Source: an uncultured bacterium (lineage in GTDB: Bacteria > Patescibacteriota > Minisyncoccia > Moranbacterales > GWC2-37-73). From it: a stretch of 64,000 nt of DNA. This document shows, in pieces, positions 1-10,467 of the stretch. The notes under the pieces are model-generated. The model was given only the letters and a program-made list of their open reading frames with translations. It was not told the origin of the DNA and did not search any database. The stretch lies in contig CAINNK010000008.1 of NCBI GenBank assembly GCA_903851135.1, positions 13,136 through 77,135 on the forward strand, written 5' to 3'. The translations under genes were made by a program, and so were the position numbers. Each line of letters begins with the position of its first letter. Position 1 is the first letter of the stretch.

Positions 1-2
1 TT

Positions 3-1379
3 TCTTCATATTTTAGAGGTTATAAAACCGATGCGAATATACGAATTGATGCGAATCTGCGAATAAAACATTTAGAACAAGTTGAACATTTACAACACCT
101 AGAACATAATTTCGTGCCTGGGCGGAGTGAGTGGATTGGGTCGATGATGCCGTTGGTGGAAGAGGTTGAATTTGAGCAAACGGATTCAGTGCTGGAAGCT
201 TTGATCTTAGAAAGCAATCTCATCAAAAAACATCAGCCAAAATATAACACCCTGGAAAAAGATGACAAAAGTTTTGCCTATTTTGTGATCACCAAAGAAG
301 AATTCCCAAAGGTGTTGATAATGCGCAAGACGGATATTGAAAAAGTTCACAATTCACAGTTGTTGGTTCATAGAAAAAAAGCAATCAAAAAAAGGCCTGT
401 TGACGGTGAACTAGTAACTAAGAACATTTACGGGCCTTATACGAGCAAGCAGCAGATGCAGATTGCGCTGAAAATCATGCGGCGGATTTTTCCGTTCCAC
501 GGCGGCAAGCAGAAAACCGAGAAGGGCTGTTTGGATTTTCAATTGGGATTGTGTCCGGGGCCGTATGCTGGTGCAATCTCCAAAGAAGACTACAAGAAAA
601 ATATTGATGGCATCAAGCTGATTTTGAGCGGCAAGAAAAAAAGACTGCTTTCCGGCTTAGAAAAAGAAATGAAAATTTTGGCCAAGCAAAATGAATTTGA
701 AAAAGCGGCGCAGGTTCGGAACAAGATTTTTGCCTTGCAGCACATTCGCGATGTGGCACTCATCACACGTGATATGGAATCATCGTCAACAGTTCACAGT
801 TCACATTTCACAGATGCGAACGAATTATCGAGGGGGATAGGAACTGTGAACCGTGAACCAAGAACTATCCGAATCGAGGCGTATGACATTTCGAATATTT
901 CCGGCACTGATGCAGTGGGTTCGATGGTGGTTTTTGAAAATGGTGAGTCGAATAAAAGTCAGTATCGCAAGTTTAAAATCAAAACCGTTGATGGTAGCAA
1001 TGACGTGGCTATGATGAAAGAAGTTTTACTCAGGCGTTTCAAAAATGATTGGGCGATGCCGGATTTGATTTTGCTTGATGGTGGAATTGGTCACGTTAAT
1101 ATGGCTGAAAAATTGTTGCGTCAAGAGCTGGGCTTGGACGTTGCGATTGTTGGGGTGGCAAAAGGACCAACGAGGAAAAATCTCAAATTACAAATGGCAA
1201 ATTCTCACCCAAAGGGTGATCAGCCTTTGGCTGACAATAAAGTTCCAATGACTCAATTTCCAAAACAGTTGCAGAATTTTTTGAATGATAAGAATTTGGT
1301 CAAAAGTATTATGGATGAGGCGCATCGTTTTGCGATTACGTTTCACAGGAAACTGAGAGGGAAGAATGCACTAAAATAA
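3..1379 (+). CDS. uvrC: Excinuclease ABC subunit C (UvrC), 5'-partial; reading frame is open from nt 3, so the N-terminus lies upstream of the window
   Basis: End of the GIY-YIG domain (ALILESNLIKKHQPKYN), UVR-domain-like FEKAAQVRNKIFALQHI, UvrC endonuclease domain motifs RIEAYDISNISG...VGSMVVF, DLILLDGGIGHV, EAHRFAITFHR. No C-terminal HhH region before the stop. Frame 3 has no stop between nt 3 and the annotated ATG at 114. Confidence 0.8.
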   Translation, partial: SSYFRGYKTDANIRIDANLRIKHLEQVEHLQHLEHNFVPGRSEWIGSMMPLVEEVEFEQTDSVLEALILESNLIKKHQPKYNTLEKDDKSFAYFVITKEEFPKVLIMRKTDIEKVHNSQLLVHRKKAIKKRPVDGELVTKNIYGPYTSKQQMQIALKIMRRIFPFHGGKQKTEKGCLDFQLGLCPGPYAGAISKEDYKKNIDGIKLILSGKKKRLLSGLEKEMKILAKQNEFEKAAQVRNKIFALQHIRDVALITRDMESSSTVHSSHFTDANELSRGIGTVNREPRTIRIEAYDISNISGTDAVGSMVVFENGESNKSQYRKFKIKTVDGSNDVAMMKEVLLRRFKNDWAMPDLILLDGGIGHVNMAEKLLRQELGLDVAIVGVAKGPTRKNLKLQMANSHPKGDQPLADNKVPMTQFPKQLQNFLNDKNLVKSIMDEAHRFAITFHRKLRGKNALK

Positions 1380-1424
1380 TATATGATACTTTGCGTATTT
1401 AGAGAGTGAGGGTATAATTAAATT

Positions 1425-1817
1425 ATGCGAAAAATATTGAGAAAATATTTAACGGGTTTAATGCTGGCGGCCATCGTCTTGGTGGTTGGTGGTTTTTGCA
1501 GTGCGCCGATGGCGGGCGCTTCTTCGTCTGAGATGAACGGAATGACTGAGATTAGTGATGTTCATTGTGGGTCGGCTGACCACCTTGCGAAACATAAGGC
1601 TCCGATTAGCGACGCAATGATGCCGTGCTGCGTGGAAAAACATGACAATTCGTCAGTTTTCACGCCAGTTGCGCCAAATGAAAAAATCAGATTCGAGCAA
1701 GTTTCGATTGCTGAGCAATCGGTTTTGCTAGTTCAAACGATAAATCAAAAAACTTATGCTTCTTCGTCGTCTCCTCCGGAGCCTGACCTTCTTTTTTCTA
1801 GCGTGCGACTAGAATGA
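1425..1817 (+). CDS. Secreted Cys/His/Met-rich small protein, putative metal-binding (adjacent to copper-transport genes)
   Basis: N-terminal signal/TM segment (LMLAAIVLVVGGFCSAPMAGA). Motifs HCGSADHLAKHK and MMPCCVEKHD. Lies immediately upstream of the HMA/CopA genes. No specific family recognised. Confidence 0.45.
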   Translation: MRKILRKYLTGLMLAAIVLVVGGFCSAPMAGASSSEMNGMTEISDVHCGSADHLAKHKAPISDAMMPCCVEKHDNSSVFTPVAPNEKIRFEQVSIAEQSVLLVQTINQKTYASSSSPPEPDLLFSSVRLE

Positions 1818-2026
1818 AAAAATCTTTAACCTTGTTTTGAGGCAAGGTTGTTTGTGGTGGGCGATACATTGCAACACTTCGCTCGCATACGTTTTTGTTT
1901 TTATCCTAGTGAAAGTTTTTTTTGACTATTGGAAATTTTGACGCCAAGGTAAATCACTTTCAAACGAAAAAACAAAAAGTATGTTCGCTCGCTTCGTATG
2001 GTTCAGAGAAAAATGCAGAAGTGTGA

Positions 2027-2067
2027 AATTCTAAAATCTAGAATCTAAAATCTAGAATCTAAAATCT
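2027..2067. repeat. Heptamer tandem repeat (AATCTAA/AATCTAG)n
   Basis: Directly visible: ttctaaaatctagaatctaaaatctagaatctaaaatctg. The same family recurs at 18764-18794, 44796-44825, 58624-58660, 60007-60040 and 61670-61696, and inside rlmN near 40316-40352. Confidence 0.9.
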
Positions 2068-2114
2068 GCTCTCGTGTATTCGTAGGTTTATTAAAAATAT
2101 AAAAAATTATAGAT

Positions 2115-3569
2115 ATGAATAATAAAATAATTGTTCCGATTGCCGGCATGCATTGCCGCAGCTGCGAACTTTTGGTTGAGGACAGTTTGTCAGAAGTTAC
2201 AGGCGTTCGGCGCAGTGTGGTTAATTTCAAAAAGGGCACGGCTGAAATTAATTTTGACGGGCAAAAACCTAATGAGGTTGAAATTGAAAAAGCAATTCGC
2301 GGTGCTGGGTATAGCCTTGGCAGTGACAAACCAAAAACTTGGCTGAGCAAAAATCCCGAGGATTATAAAGATTTGGCAGTGGCTGGAATTTTTTTGGTTG
2401 GTTTGTTTATTGTTGCGAAAAATCTCGGGCTGACAAATGTCAATCTTGGTGGCGTTTCAAATCCATCTAGTTTGGGCGTGGTTTTTTTGGTGGGAATTAC
2501 GGCTGGGCTTTCAACTTGCATGGCCTTGGTGGGTGGGCTGATTTTGGGAATTGCGGCCAGGCATAATGAGAAACATCCTGAGGCGAGCGCAATGCAAAAA
2601 TTCAGGCCGCATTTGTTTTTTAATCTCGGAAGAATTGGTGGCTATGCATTTTTCGGAGCAATTCTTGGCTCACTTGGCTCAGCCTTGCAAATGTCAGGTC
2701 TAGTTTTGGGAATTTTGACTATTGCAGTTGGGCTGGTGATGTTGGCGCTGGGAGTTAAATTGTTGGGAATTTTTCCGCGTTTGGAAAATGCTGCCATTTC
2801 TTTGCCAACAAGTGTGGCTAAATTCTTTGGAATCAAAAAAGAAGTTAAAGAATATAGTCATTGCGGTTCAATGCTCACGGGCGCCCTGACATTTTTTCTG
2901 CCTTGCGGTTTCACCCAGGCGATGCAACTTTTTGCAGTGAGCTCTGGCAGTCCTGTTCAAGGGGGTTTGATTATGGGCATTTTTGCTCTTGGAACGGCGC
3001 CAGGTTTGCTTGGGGTGGGCGCTATCACTTCAGTTGTGAAAGGAATTTTTGCTAAACGTTTTTTCAAGTTTGCAGGAGTCCTGGTGATCATCTTGGCATT
3101 CTTCAATATTGCCAATGGCTTTAATTTGGCAGGCTGGCAGAATCCAACAGTTAACAGTTCACAGTCAACAGTTCATAGTCAAAGTGTTGATCCGAATGTG
3201 AAGATGGAAAATGGGGCGCAGGTAGTTAGTATGGTTGAGGCTGGCAGTGGATATTCACCGAACAAGTTTACTATCAAAAAAGGTGTGCCAGTGCGCTGGG
3301 TGATTGATGCTCAAGCTCCAAATTCTTGTGCTAGCAGTATTTTGGTTTCAAGTTTGAATATTCGAAAAACTTTAACAGCAGGACAAAACGTGATTGAATT
3401 TACGCCAAAGGAGGTTGGCAAAATTCCATTTTCTTGCGGCATGGGGATGTATACTGGTGTTTTCAATGTGGTGGATGACCAAGGCAATGGCGCTGGCGCA
3501 GTTGATGAAAAAGCTCCGGGCGCTAATATTCCTAGTGGAGTCTGCACTGTTAACGGATGTGGGAATTAA
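2115..3569 (+). CDS. Heavy-metal-associated (HMA) domain membrane protein (DsbD_2/TauE-like polytopic core) with C-terminal cupredoxin-like domain
   Basis: N-terminal HMA fold with GMHCRSCE (CxxC). About 8 hydrophobic helices including LPCGFTQAM. C-terminal soluble domain with FSCGMGMY, reminiscent of cupredoxin_1/EfeO-like copper sites. Contains an in-frame low-complexity insert NPTVNSSQSTVHSQSV (3141-3180). Confidence 0.7.
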   Translation: MNNKIIVPIAGMHCRSCELLVEDSLSEVTGVRRSVVNFKKGTAEINFDGQKPNEVEIEKAIRGAGYSLGSDKPKTWLSKNPEDYKDLAVAGIFLVGLFIVAKNLGLTNVNLGGVSNPSSLGVVFLVGITAGLSTCMALVGGLILGIAARHNEKHPEASAMQKFRPHLFFNLGRIGGYAFFGAILGSLGSALQMSGLVLGILTIAVGLVMLALGVKLLGIFPRLENAAISLPTSVAKFFGIKKEVKEYSHCGSMLTGALTFFLPCGFTQAMQLFAVSSGSPVQGGLIMGIFALGTAPGLLGVGAITSVVKGIFAKRFFKFAGVLVIILAFFNIANGFNLAGWQNPTVNSSQSTVHSQSVDPNVKMENGAQVVSMVEAGSGYSPNKFTIKKGVPVRWVIDAQAPNSCASSILVSSLNIRKTLTAGQNVIEFTPKEVGKIPFSCGMGMYTGVFNVVDDQGNGAGAVDEKAPGANIPSGVCTVNGCGN

Positions 3570-3718
3570 GTTTTTAAAACCGATACGAAACTACGAAACA
3601 AATCCGAATCTACGAACAGGTTTTGATGAATAGAAATGTTTTTGTATATTAGTATATTCGTAAGAGATTAGTAATTTAGTGGGGCAAGGGTAGTTTTAAA
3701 TTCTAAAACTTAGTTATT

Positions 3719-6139
3719 ATGAAAAGAATAAATTTATCCCTTTCTGGCATGCATTGCACTTCGTGCGCAATGTTGGTCGAGAGAACGCTTGGAAAAACGC
3801 CTGGCGTCCAAAAAGCTAGTGTGAATTTTCCGGCTGAAAAAGTTTTGGTTGATTTTGATGAGCAGATAACTGATGTGCAAAAAATCATCGCAGCCATTGG
3901 GCGGGGTGGTTATGGTGCGCAAGAAGTTGATGCTAAAGATAGTGAGTTTGAAGGCAAGAAAATAGCCAAAGAAGTTTCTGATTATTTCAGTAGGTTTATT
4001 TTCAGTGCAATTTTGAGCTCTCCAATGCTGTATTTCATGCTGCTGGATTTTTTCAAGTGGCTGCCTGGTGAAAAAGGCCTGGCACCATACGTGGGAATTT
4101 TCTCGCTGCTGCTGACGATTCCGGTGCAGTTTGTGGTTGGCAAAGATTTTTATAAAGGCATGTGGGCGGCACTGAAAATGAAAACTTTCAACATGGATAG
4201 CTTGATTGCAATTGGGACTTCGACGGCTTTTTTCTATAGTTCGTATAATTTTGCAACTTATGCAATTGCCAACAAGTCTGTGATTGGAGCGGGCGGAGCG
4301 AAAATTCCAGATCTCTATTTCGAAACCGCTGCCTATTTGATAACCTTCGTTATTTTGGGAAAGTGGTTGGAAATTCGCACTAAGGGAAAAACTTCTGATG
4401 CTATCAAAAAGTTGATGGGAATGCAGGCTAAGACTGCACGTGTCCTTCGGCAGGCTCAAGATAAAATTATCGAGATTGATATTCCGATTGAAGAAGTTGT
4501 GCATGGTGACATTATTCTTGTGCGTCCGGGAGAAAAAGTTCCAGTGGATGGAAAAATGACCAAAGGCGCATCTTCAGTGGATGAGTCCATGCTTACTGGG
4601 GAAAGTTTACCGGTAGAAAAAAGTGTCGGTAGCTTCGTGGTTGGAGGAACAATCAACAAGACTGGAAGTTTTGAATTTGAGGCCACAAAAATTGGCTCAG
4701 AAACGACGTTGGCTCAGATTATCCGCCTGATTGAAGAGGCTCAGGGATCAAAAGCACCGATTCAAAATTTTGCTGACAAAATTGCAGCTTGGTTTGTGCC
4801 AGCTGTAATTGGGCTTGCAATACTAACGTTTCTTGCTTGGTTCTTCGTGCTTGGCGGAACTTTGGCATTTTCACTTATGGCTTTCACTTCAGTGATTGTG
4901 ATTGCCTGCCCTTGTGCGTTGGGATTGGCCACGCCAACTTCCTTAATGGTGGGAACTGGCAAGGGTGCTGAGTATGGAGTGCTCGTGAAAGGTGGAGAAG
5001 CGCTTGAAGCAGCCAGTAATATTTCAGCGGTAATCTTTGACAAAACTGGAACACTTACTCATGGGAAACCGCAGGTGACGGATATCATGTCAATTGGCGA
5101 CATGGACGAGGATGAGATATTGGCAGTTTCCGCAAGTCTGGAAAAGCTTTCTGAACATCCCTTGGCGGAAGCGATTTATACGCATGCTCAAGAAAAAAAT
5201 ATCAACTTAAAAAATGTTGATGATTTCAATTCGATTCCTGGCCATGGTGTCAAAGGTAGTATTGGCGGAGTTGTTTATCATTTTGGCAATCGCAAGTTGG
5301 CGAGTGATTTGAGAATTAGTTTTGAGCATGTTAATGCTGAGCTGGAAAAGTTGGAGAATGAAGGCAAGACAGCGATGATTTTGACCGATGAAAAAAATGT
5401 TTTGGCCATCATTGCAGTGGCGGACACTGTGAAAGAAACTTCGCGCGAAGCTGTGGCAAAATTAAAAATGATGGGCATTGAAGTTTTCATGATTACTGGT
5501 GATAATTTGCGAACTGCTAAAGCGATTGCAAAACTTGTTGGCATTGACGAGCAGCATGTTTTGGCTGAGGTTTTACCTGAGGACAAAGCTAATGTGGTTA
5601 AGGCCTTGCAAGAAAATAATGTAAAAAAGCTTTCCGAATTATTTGGAAATTGGAAATTGGAAATTGGAAATTCTCGCCAAAGGCGAGCTGTGGCTATGGT
5701 TGGTGATGGCATTAATGATGCTCCGGCTTTAGCACAGGCTAATGTGGGCATTGCGATGGGCACAGGAACTGACGTGGCGATGGAGGCAGGCGATATTGTG
5801 ATTATGAAAAGTGATTTGAATGATGTGGTGACTTCACTGCAACTTTCCAAAGAAACCATGGGCAAGATTCGGCAGAATATGTTCTTTGCTTTGTTTTATA
5901 ACGTGATTGGCATTCCGATTGCGGCTCGGGTTTTCTTTGCGTTTGGATTGATTTTAAAACCGGAATTAGCAGGCTTGGCGATGGCGATGAGTTCGATTTC
6001 GGTGGTAGGAAATTCCTTGTTGCTGCGATTATTCAAACCTGGCAAAAAGAATTATATTTCAATGATTGCTCCAGTATTCATGGTCGTTGTTTTCACTTTT
6101 GGATTTGTGTTGTTTGCCAAGTTGAGTAGTGGTATGTAG
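3719..6139 (+). CDS. copA: Copper-translocating P1B-type ATPase (CopA family)
   Basis: N-terminal HMA with [13 protein letters not shown] motif ([11 protein letters not shown]). Phosphorylation site DKTGTLT. Motifs TGDN and [11 protein letters not shown]. 806 aa. In-frame repeat insert [20 protein letters not shown] (about 5630-5690) encoded by ttggaaattggaaattggaaatt. Confidence 0.92.
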   Translation: MKRINLSLSGMHCTSCAMLVERTLGKTPGVQKASVNFPAEKVLVDFDEQITDVQKIIAAIGRGGYGAQEVDAKDSEFEGKKIAKEVSDYFSRFIFSAILSSPMLYFMLLDFFKWLPGEKGLAPYVGIFSLLLTIPVQFVVGKDFYKGMWAALKMKTFNMDSLIAIGTSTAFFYSSYNFATYAIANKSVIGAGGAKIPDLYFETAAYLITFVILGKWLEIRTKGKTSDAIKKLMGMQAKTARVLRQAQDKIIEIDIPIEEVVHGDIILVRPGEKVPVDGKMTKGASSVDESMLTGESLPVEKSVGSFVVGGTINKTGSFEFEATKIGSETTLAQIIRLIEEAQGSKAPIQNFADKIAAWFVPAVIGLAILTFLAWFFVLGGTLAFSLMAFTSVIVIACPCALGLATPTSLMVGTGKGAEYGVLVKGGEALEAASNISAVIFDKTGTLTHGKPQVTDIMSIGDMDEDEILAVSASLEKLSEHPLAEAIYTHAQEKNINLKNVDDFNSIPGHGVKGSIGGVVYHFGNRKLASDLRISFEHVNAELEKLENEGKTAMILTDEKNVLAIIAVADTVKETSREAVAKLKMMGIEVFMITGDNLRTAKAIAKLVGIDEQHVLAEVLPEDKANVVKALQENNVKKLSELFGNWKLEIGNSRQRRAVAMVGDGINDAPALAQANVGIAMGTGTDVAMEAGDIVIMKSDLNDVVTSLQLSKETMGKIRQNMFFALFYNVIGIPIAARVFFAFGLILKPELAGLAMAMSSISVVGNSLLLRLFKPGKKNYISMIAPVFMVVVFTFGFVLFAKLSSGM

Positions 6140-6184
6140 TGAAATATTCTTGCAAAATTGACGTATTAATTAACGCCTTAATTT

Positions 6185-6289
6185 GTCATCCTAAATTTAT
6201 TTCAGGATCTTGGTTGGAGGAGGTTTTGTGAGGTGGAGAAAGCAGATTCTGAAACCCTCCAGAGGCGGACAGGCAAGTTCAGAATGACA
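6185..6289. promoter_or_regulatory. Paired hairpin motif (GTCATCCTAAATTTATTTCAGGATC ... GATTCTGAAAC-N19-AAGTTCAGAATGACA), the same family as at 46265-46349; candidate operator of a metalloregulator
   Basis: Each arm is an internal palindrome (ATCCT..AGGAT and ATTCTGAA..TTCAGAAT). Both variants recur upstream of the CsoR-family gene at 46265-46349. Located between the copA stop and the SHOCT gene. Confidence 0.35.
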
Positions 6290-6302
6290 GGAGTGTATTA
6301 CT

Positions 6303-6338
6303 ATTTGTAGATTTGTAGCAGATTTGTATATTTGTAGG
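6303..6338. repeat. Tandem repeat (ATTTGTAG)n
   Basis: atttgtagatttgtagcagatttgtatatttgtagg. The same family occurs at 18721-18755 and 29041-29068 (directly upstream of the leuS start) and 25800-25815 (start of the ABC permease gene). Confidence 0.85.
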
Positions 6339-6367
6339 GTGTAATTTTTAATTAATTCAAAAAACAT

Positions 6368-6640
6368 ATGATGTATGGATATGGCGTAAGTCATGGCGTG
6401 GGTTTGTTTGGGGAAATTTTTTCGTTGATTTTCTGGGCGGCGATAATTTGGCTTATTATAACCCTGGTGCGCGGCGGTCATCAACATGGCAAAAGTTGTT
6501 GTGGCGGGCATGGCGACGAGCAAAGGCCTGATAACGCCACGGAAATTTTGCGCCAGCGCTTTGCCAAAGGTGAAATTTCCAAGGAAGAATTTGAAAGCAG
6601 AAGCGCCGTGCTTGAAGGCAAAAAAGTGGAGGAAAAATAA
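6368..6640 (+). CDS. SHOCT-domain small membrane protein, His/Cys-rich
   Basis: N-terminal TM helix. HGGHQHGKSCCGGHGDEQ segment. C-terminal LRQRFAKGEISKEEFESRSAVLEG matches the SHOCT (short C-terminal) domain pattern. Follows the copper ATPase. Confidence 0.6.
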   Translation: MMYGYGVSHGVGLFGEIFSLIFWAAIIWLIITLVRGGHQHGKSCCGGHGDEQRPDNATEILRQRFAKGEISKEEFESRSAVLEGKKVEEK

Positions 6641-6659
6641 GGTTTATCTGAAAAGAAAA

Positions 6660-6687
6660 ATCAGAGTCTAGGCTCTGATTTTTTTAA
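6660..6687 (+). terminator. Rho-independent terminator
   Basis: atcagag-tctagg-ctctgat hairpin followed by an 8-T run, immediately after the SHOCT gene stop. Confidence 0.7.
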
Positions 6688-6717
6688 TGTCTCAAGTTTT
6701 ATACCCTACATTCAATA

Positions 6718-6746
6718 TTGACAGAAAAATAATTTATTGATAGCAT
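6718..6746 (+). promoter_or_regulatory. Sigma70-like promoter TTGACA-17-TAGCAT
   Basis: TTGACA at 6718-6723, 17-nt spacer, TAGCAT at 6741-6746. A good SD (AAGGGAG) lies 9 nt before the ATG at 6824. Confidence 0.35.
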
Positions 6747-6823
6747 CATATATCCACCTTAATAAACAATCATAACTATGATTTATAACTTTAACTGAAG
6801 ACTAACTAAGGGAGATACAAGCC

Positions 6824-7228
6824 ATGCTGGAAAATGCAAGAGAAATCGCCGTTGAGCGATGTGTTACGCAGCTCATTGAAGATAGTTTTTACAAGGGCTA
6901 CTTGAAAATTGGTGGTATGCAAATTGATTATGAGGCGACGTTCTTGATACCAGTTTCCAAACTCCATACTTCTGGCTGGAAATCTCTCAAGTGTATCGCA
7001 GAGGTTCGCAAGATTTTCCAGCTAACCTTGAGCAGTAAAGATAGTAATTTTATTGAAATGAGTGATGACGAAGCTGGTTTTTTCATTGGCATGCTCTTCT
7101 CTTTTATCATTGAAAACTTTAGTGAATCAGTATTTACTGTTAGTATAATTCACAATAGCAAAATTTACGTTAAGGATGATAAACTGATCAACATTTTGAG
7201 TGACAAAAAATATGGCTGTAAATTTTAA
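6824..7228 (+). CDS. Hypothetical protein (134 aa), orphan, with own promoter and SD
   Basis: Clean ORF with strong RBS. No recognisable motif. Flanked by AT-rich non-coding DNA (6688-6823 and 7229-7537). Confidence 0.5.
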   Translation: MLENAREIAVERCVTQLIEDSFYKGYLKIGGMQIDYEATFLIPVSKLHTSGWKSLKCIAEVRKIFQLTLSSKDSNFIEMSDDEAGFFIGMLFSFIIENFSESVFTVSIIHNSKIYVKDDKLINILSDKKYGCKF

Positions 7229-7537
7229 GAAAGAATGCAGCCGCAATTGACCGTTCAAGAGAAGGCTTCCCTTGGGCGGTCTTCTTTTATTTATTTTTAA
7301 GTTAATAGTGAAATTTAATAGTTGCTGTTTAATTCAACCCTTTACATATTCCCATTTTTCTGATACCATTTTTAATTAGCAAATACTTGAACTGTAGAAT
7401 GTATTTTGTATTAGGTATAATGTATTTGGTATGAAATATTACATCATATAGCAGGTGATTTTGCGAAACAAATTTATACATTATACATCATACCTGCCTA
7501 TCGGACAGGCAGGCAAGATACTAAATACATAAATACT

Positions 7538-10330
7538 ATGGCTTCCAAAAAAACAACTTCAAACAATGTGCGGGACATTGTTATTAAGGGTGCGCGGGTG
7601 AACAATTTGAAAAACATTGATGTCACAATTCCGCGCGACAAATTTGTGGTCATCACTGGGCTTTCTGGGTCTGGAAAATCCTCACTGGCTTTTGATACGA
7701 TTTATGCTGAAGGAAATCGCAGGTATATGGAAGGACTTTCTTCTTATGCACGCAATTTCTTGGATCCTTCAGTCAAGCCCGACGTCGATAAAATTGAAAA
7801 TCTTTCGCCGCCGATTTCGATTGACCAAAAAAGCATCTCACGCTCTCCACGTTCAACTGTGGGAACACTGACGGAAGTGTATGATTATTTGCGCATTTTG
7901 TATGCCAAAGTTGGCATCATTCATTGTCCGGAGTGTGGCACTTCCATGCAAAAAAGAAGCAATCGTGAAATTTTGGATGAGATTTTGACTTTTTCTCATC
8001 ACACGCAAATTGCTATCTTGGCCAAACCGAAAGATGCTTCAACTGGCAAAGAACTTTTGCGCCACATTCAACGGTTGGGTTATGCACGGGTGCGCTTTGG
8101 CGAGAAAATGTACACCATCACGGATGCACTTTCTTTGGATGAAACTGAAATTATCGGTGAAATTGAAATGGTGATTGATCGTGTGGTGTTGGACAAGAAA
8201 AACCCTGACAATGAACGGATGTTAGATTCAATCGAAACGGCCATGAAAATGGGCAACAATTCGATGAAAATTTTGTTTGATAATGTGGAGGAACGCAGTT
8301 ATAATCAAGATTTTTTTTGCAGCAAATGCGGAATCAAAATTAAGGAAGTGACGCCGCGTCATTTTTCTTTCAACTCTCCAGAAGGAGCTTGTGACACTTG
8401 TAGTGGTCTGGGGTATACCTTGAAAGTCAATCAAGAGTTGGTGGTTCCAAACAAAAATCTTTCTATTTTAGAGGGAGCAATTCTTCCTTGGAGCAAGTCA
8501 GGCGGAAAAATCAATGGACAAAATAGTCAACTGCTTTTACTTAAAGAAGTTGCCAAAAAACACAAATTTTCTTTGAGTGTGCCGATGAAAAAACTTTCCA
8601 AGAAACAATGGGACGTGGTTCTTTTTGGTGGTGAAGGTTTTGAGGGCGTGATTCCAGCCTTGGAGAAAAAATATTTTGAAACAAAATCGGAATATTTGCG
8701 CAGTGAAATTGAGAAATATATGACCGGCCGTACTTGCGAGACTTGTCAGGGAAAAAGACTCAAGAAAGAATTTTTGGCCGTTGAAATCAATGGGAAAACT
8801 ATTGATGATTTGGTTTGTTTGAGCATCACTCATCTGCGAGAATTTTTTGAAAAGGCTGGCATCTGGAGTCAGACAACTCAAGAAAAAGAAATTGAGCGAC
8901 CGGTTTTTCGAGAAATTTTGCAGCGTCTCAAGGCATTGGAAAATGTTGGTTTGGAATATTTGAATTTGGGGCGCAGTGCGCAAACAATTTCTGGCGGCGA
9001 AGCGCAGCGTATTCGTTTGGCGGCGCAACTTAATTCTCAACTAATGGGAATTGTCTATGTTTTGGATGAGCCTTCTATTGGCCTGCATAGTCGCGATACG
9101 GAAAAATTGATTGCCACGATGCGTCAGCTGCAAAATGTGGGTAATTCTTTGATCGTGGTTGAACATGACGAAAGTATTATTAGGGCGGCTGATTGGATTG
9201 TGGACATGGGACCTGGCGCCGGAGAAGAAGGCGGCATCGTGGTTTTTGAGGGTGACTACAAGAAACTCATCAAAAGCAAAAATCTGACGGCGCAATATAT
9301 TTCCAAAAAGAAAAAAGTTTCTGACAAGAAAAAATATCGAACTGGTAATGGCAAGCAAATTGAAATCATCGGTGCCACGGAGCACAACCTTAAAAACATT
9401 GATGTGGCTATTCCATTGCACAAGTTCGTGGCTATTTGCGGCGTGTCCGGCTCTGGGAAATCAACTTTGGTCAAGGACATTTTGTCCAAAGCTTTGTCAC
9501 GACATTTTTATGGCAACAAAGATTTGCCAGGCAAACACAAAAAAATCAAAGGTTTTGAAAACGTCAAAAAAGTCATTAGCATTAATCAAAATCCAATCGG
9601 ACGCACACCGCGTTCTAATGCCGCGACCTATACGGGCGTGTTCTCGCACATTCGTGATCTTTTTGCTAGCGTGGAAGAAGCCAAGGCTCGCAACTATACG
9701 GCTAGTCGTTTTAGTTTTAACATGAAAGGCGGACGCTGCGAAGTTTGTCAGGGAGATGGTTCGCGAAAAATTGAAATGCATTTACTGCCGGATGTGTATG
9801 TGAAATGTGAAGCTTGTGACGGTACGCGTTTTTCCAAAAAGACTTTGGAAATTGAATATAAAGGATTTAACATCGCGCAAATTTTGGATATGGATGTGCG
9901 CTTGGCGCTACGATTTTTTGCCAGGCACCCGCTGATTGCCGAGAAACTTAAAACTATGGAAGATGTAGGTCTGGGCTATTTGAAACTCGGGCAAAGTGCC
10001 ACCAATCTTTCCGGCGGCGAAGCGCAGCGCATCAAATTAGCCACAGAGCTTGCTCGCAAATCAACTGGCAATACTTTGTATATTTTGGATGAACCGACAG
10101 CAGGACTTCATTTCGATGACATTCGCAAATTGCTCACTGTGCTTAACGCCTTAGTAGACAAGGGTAACACTGTCATCGTGGTTGAACATAATCTCGACGT
10201 AGTCAGGGATGCTGATTGGGTGATTGAGCTTGGTCCGGATGGTGGAGATTTGGGAGGCTTTCTTAATTTTGAAGGCACGCCGGAGAAATTAAAGAAGGAT
10301 AAGAAGAGTTGGACCGCGAAATATTTATGA
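7538..10330 (+). CDS. uvrA: Excinuclease ABC subunit A (UvrA)
   Basis: Two ABC ATPase modules: Walker [20 protein letters not shown] and [10 protein letters not shown], signature LSGGEAQRI twice, zinc-finger Cys clusters. 930 aa. Confidence 0.95.
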   Translation: MASKKTTSNNVRDIVIKGARVNNLKNIDVTIPRDKFVVITGLSGSGKSSLAFDTIYAEGNRRYMEGLSSYARNFLDPSVKPDVDKIENLSPPISIDQKSISRSPRSTVGTLTEVYDYLRILYAKVGIIHCPECGTSMQKRSNREILDEILTFSHHTQIAILAKPKDASTGKELLRHIQRLGYARVRFGEKMYTITDALSLDETEIIGEIEMVIDRVVLDKKNPDNERMLDSIETAMKMGNNSMKILFDNVEERSYNQDFFCSKCGIKIKEVTPRHFSFNSPEGACDTCSGLGYTLKVNQELVVPNKNLSILEGAILPWSKSGGKINGQNSQLLLLKEVAKKHKFSLSVPMKKLSKKQWDVVLFGGEGFEGVIPALEKKYFETKSEYLRSEIEKYMTGRTCETCQGKRLKKEFLAVEINGKTIDDLVCLSITHLREFFEKAGIWSQTTQEKEIERPVFREILQRLKALENVGLEYLNLGRSAQTISGGEAQRIRLAAQLNSQLMGIVYVLDEPSIGLHSRDTEKLIATMRQLQNVGNSLIVVEHDESIIRAADWIVDMGPGAGEEGGIVVFEGDYKKLIKSKNLTAQYISKKKKVSDKKKYRTGNGKQIEIIGATEHNLKNIDVAIPLHKFVAICGVSGSGKSTLVKDILSKALSRHFYGNKDLPGKHKKIKGFENVKKVISINQNPIGRTPRSNAATYTGVFSHIRDLFASVEEAKARNYTASRFSFNMKGGRCEVCQGDGSRKIEMHLLPDVYVKCEACDGTRFSKKTLEIEYKGFNIAQILDMDVRLALRFFARHPLIAEKLKTMEDVGLGYLKLGQSATNLSGGEAQRIKLATELARKSTGNTLYILDEPTAGLHFDDIRKLLTVLNALVDKGNTVIVVEHNLDVVRDADWVIELGPDGGDLGGFLNFEGTPEKLKKDKKSWTAKYL

Positions 10331-10467
10331 TTTTTTTGAGAAAAAACATAAATATTTCTAAATTGAAAAATCAAAAATCAAAATGGAAAATGGTATTTTC
10401 AAAATAGAATTCTAAATTATTTTGAATTTTTAATTGTCATTTTAATTTTTGAGATTTGCATTTTGCA

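Noticed and set aside
3734-4504. 256-aa minus-strand ORF (and similar antisense ORFs 5278-5865, 8537-9040, 9041-9421, 12529-13239, 16441-16890)
   Set aside because: All lie antisense within strongly supported conserved genes (copA, uvrA, argS, ileS), with no RBS or domain. They are shadow ORFs of AT-rich coding DNA.
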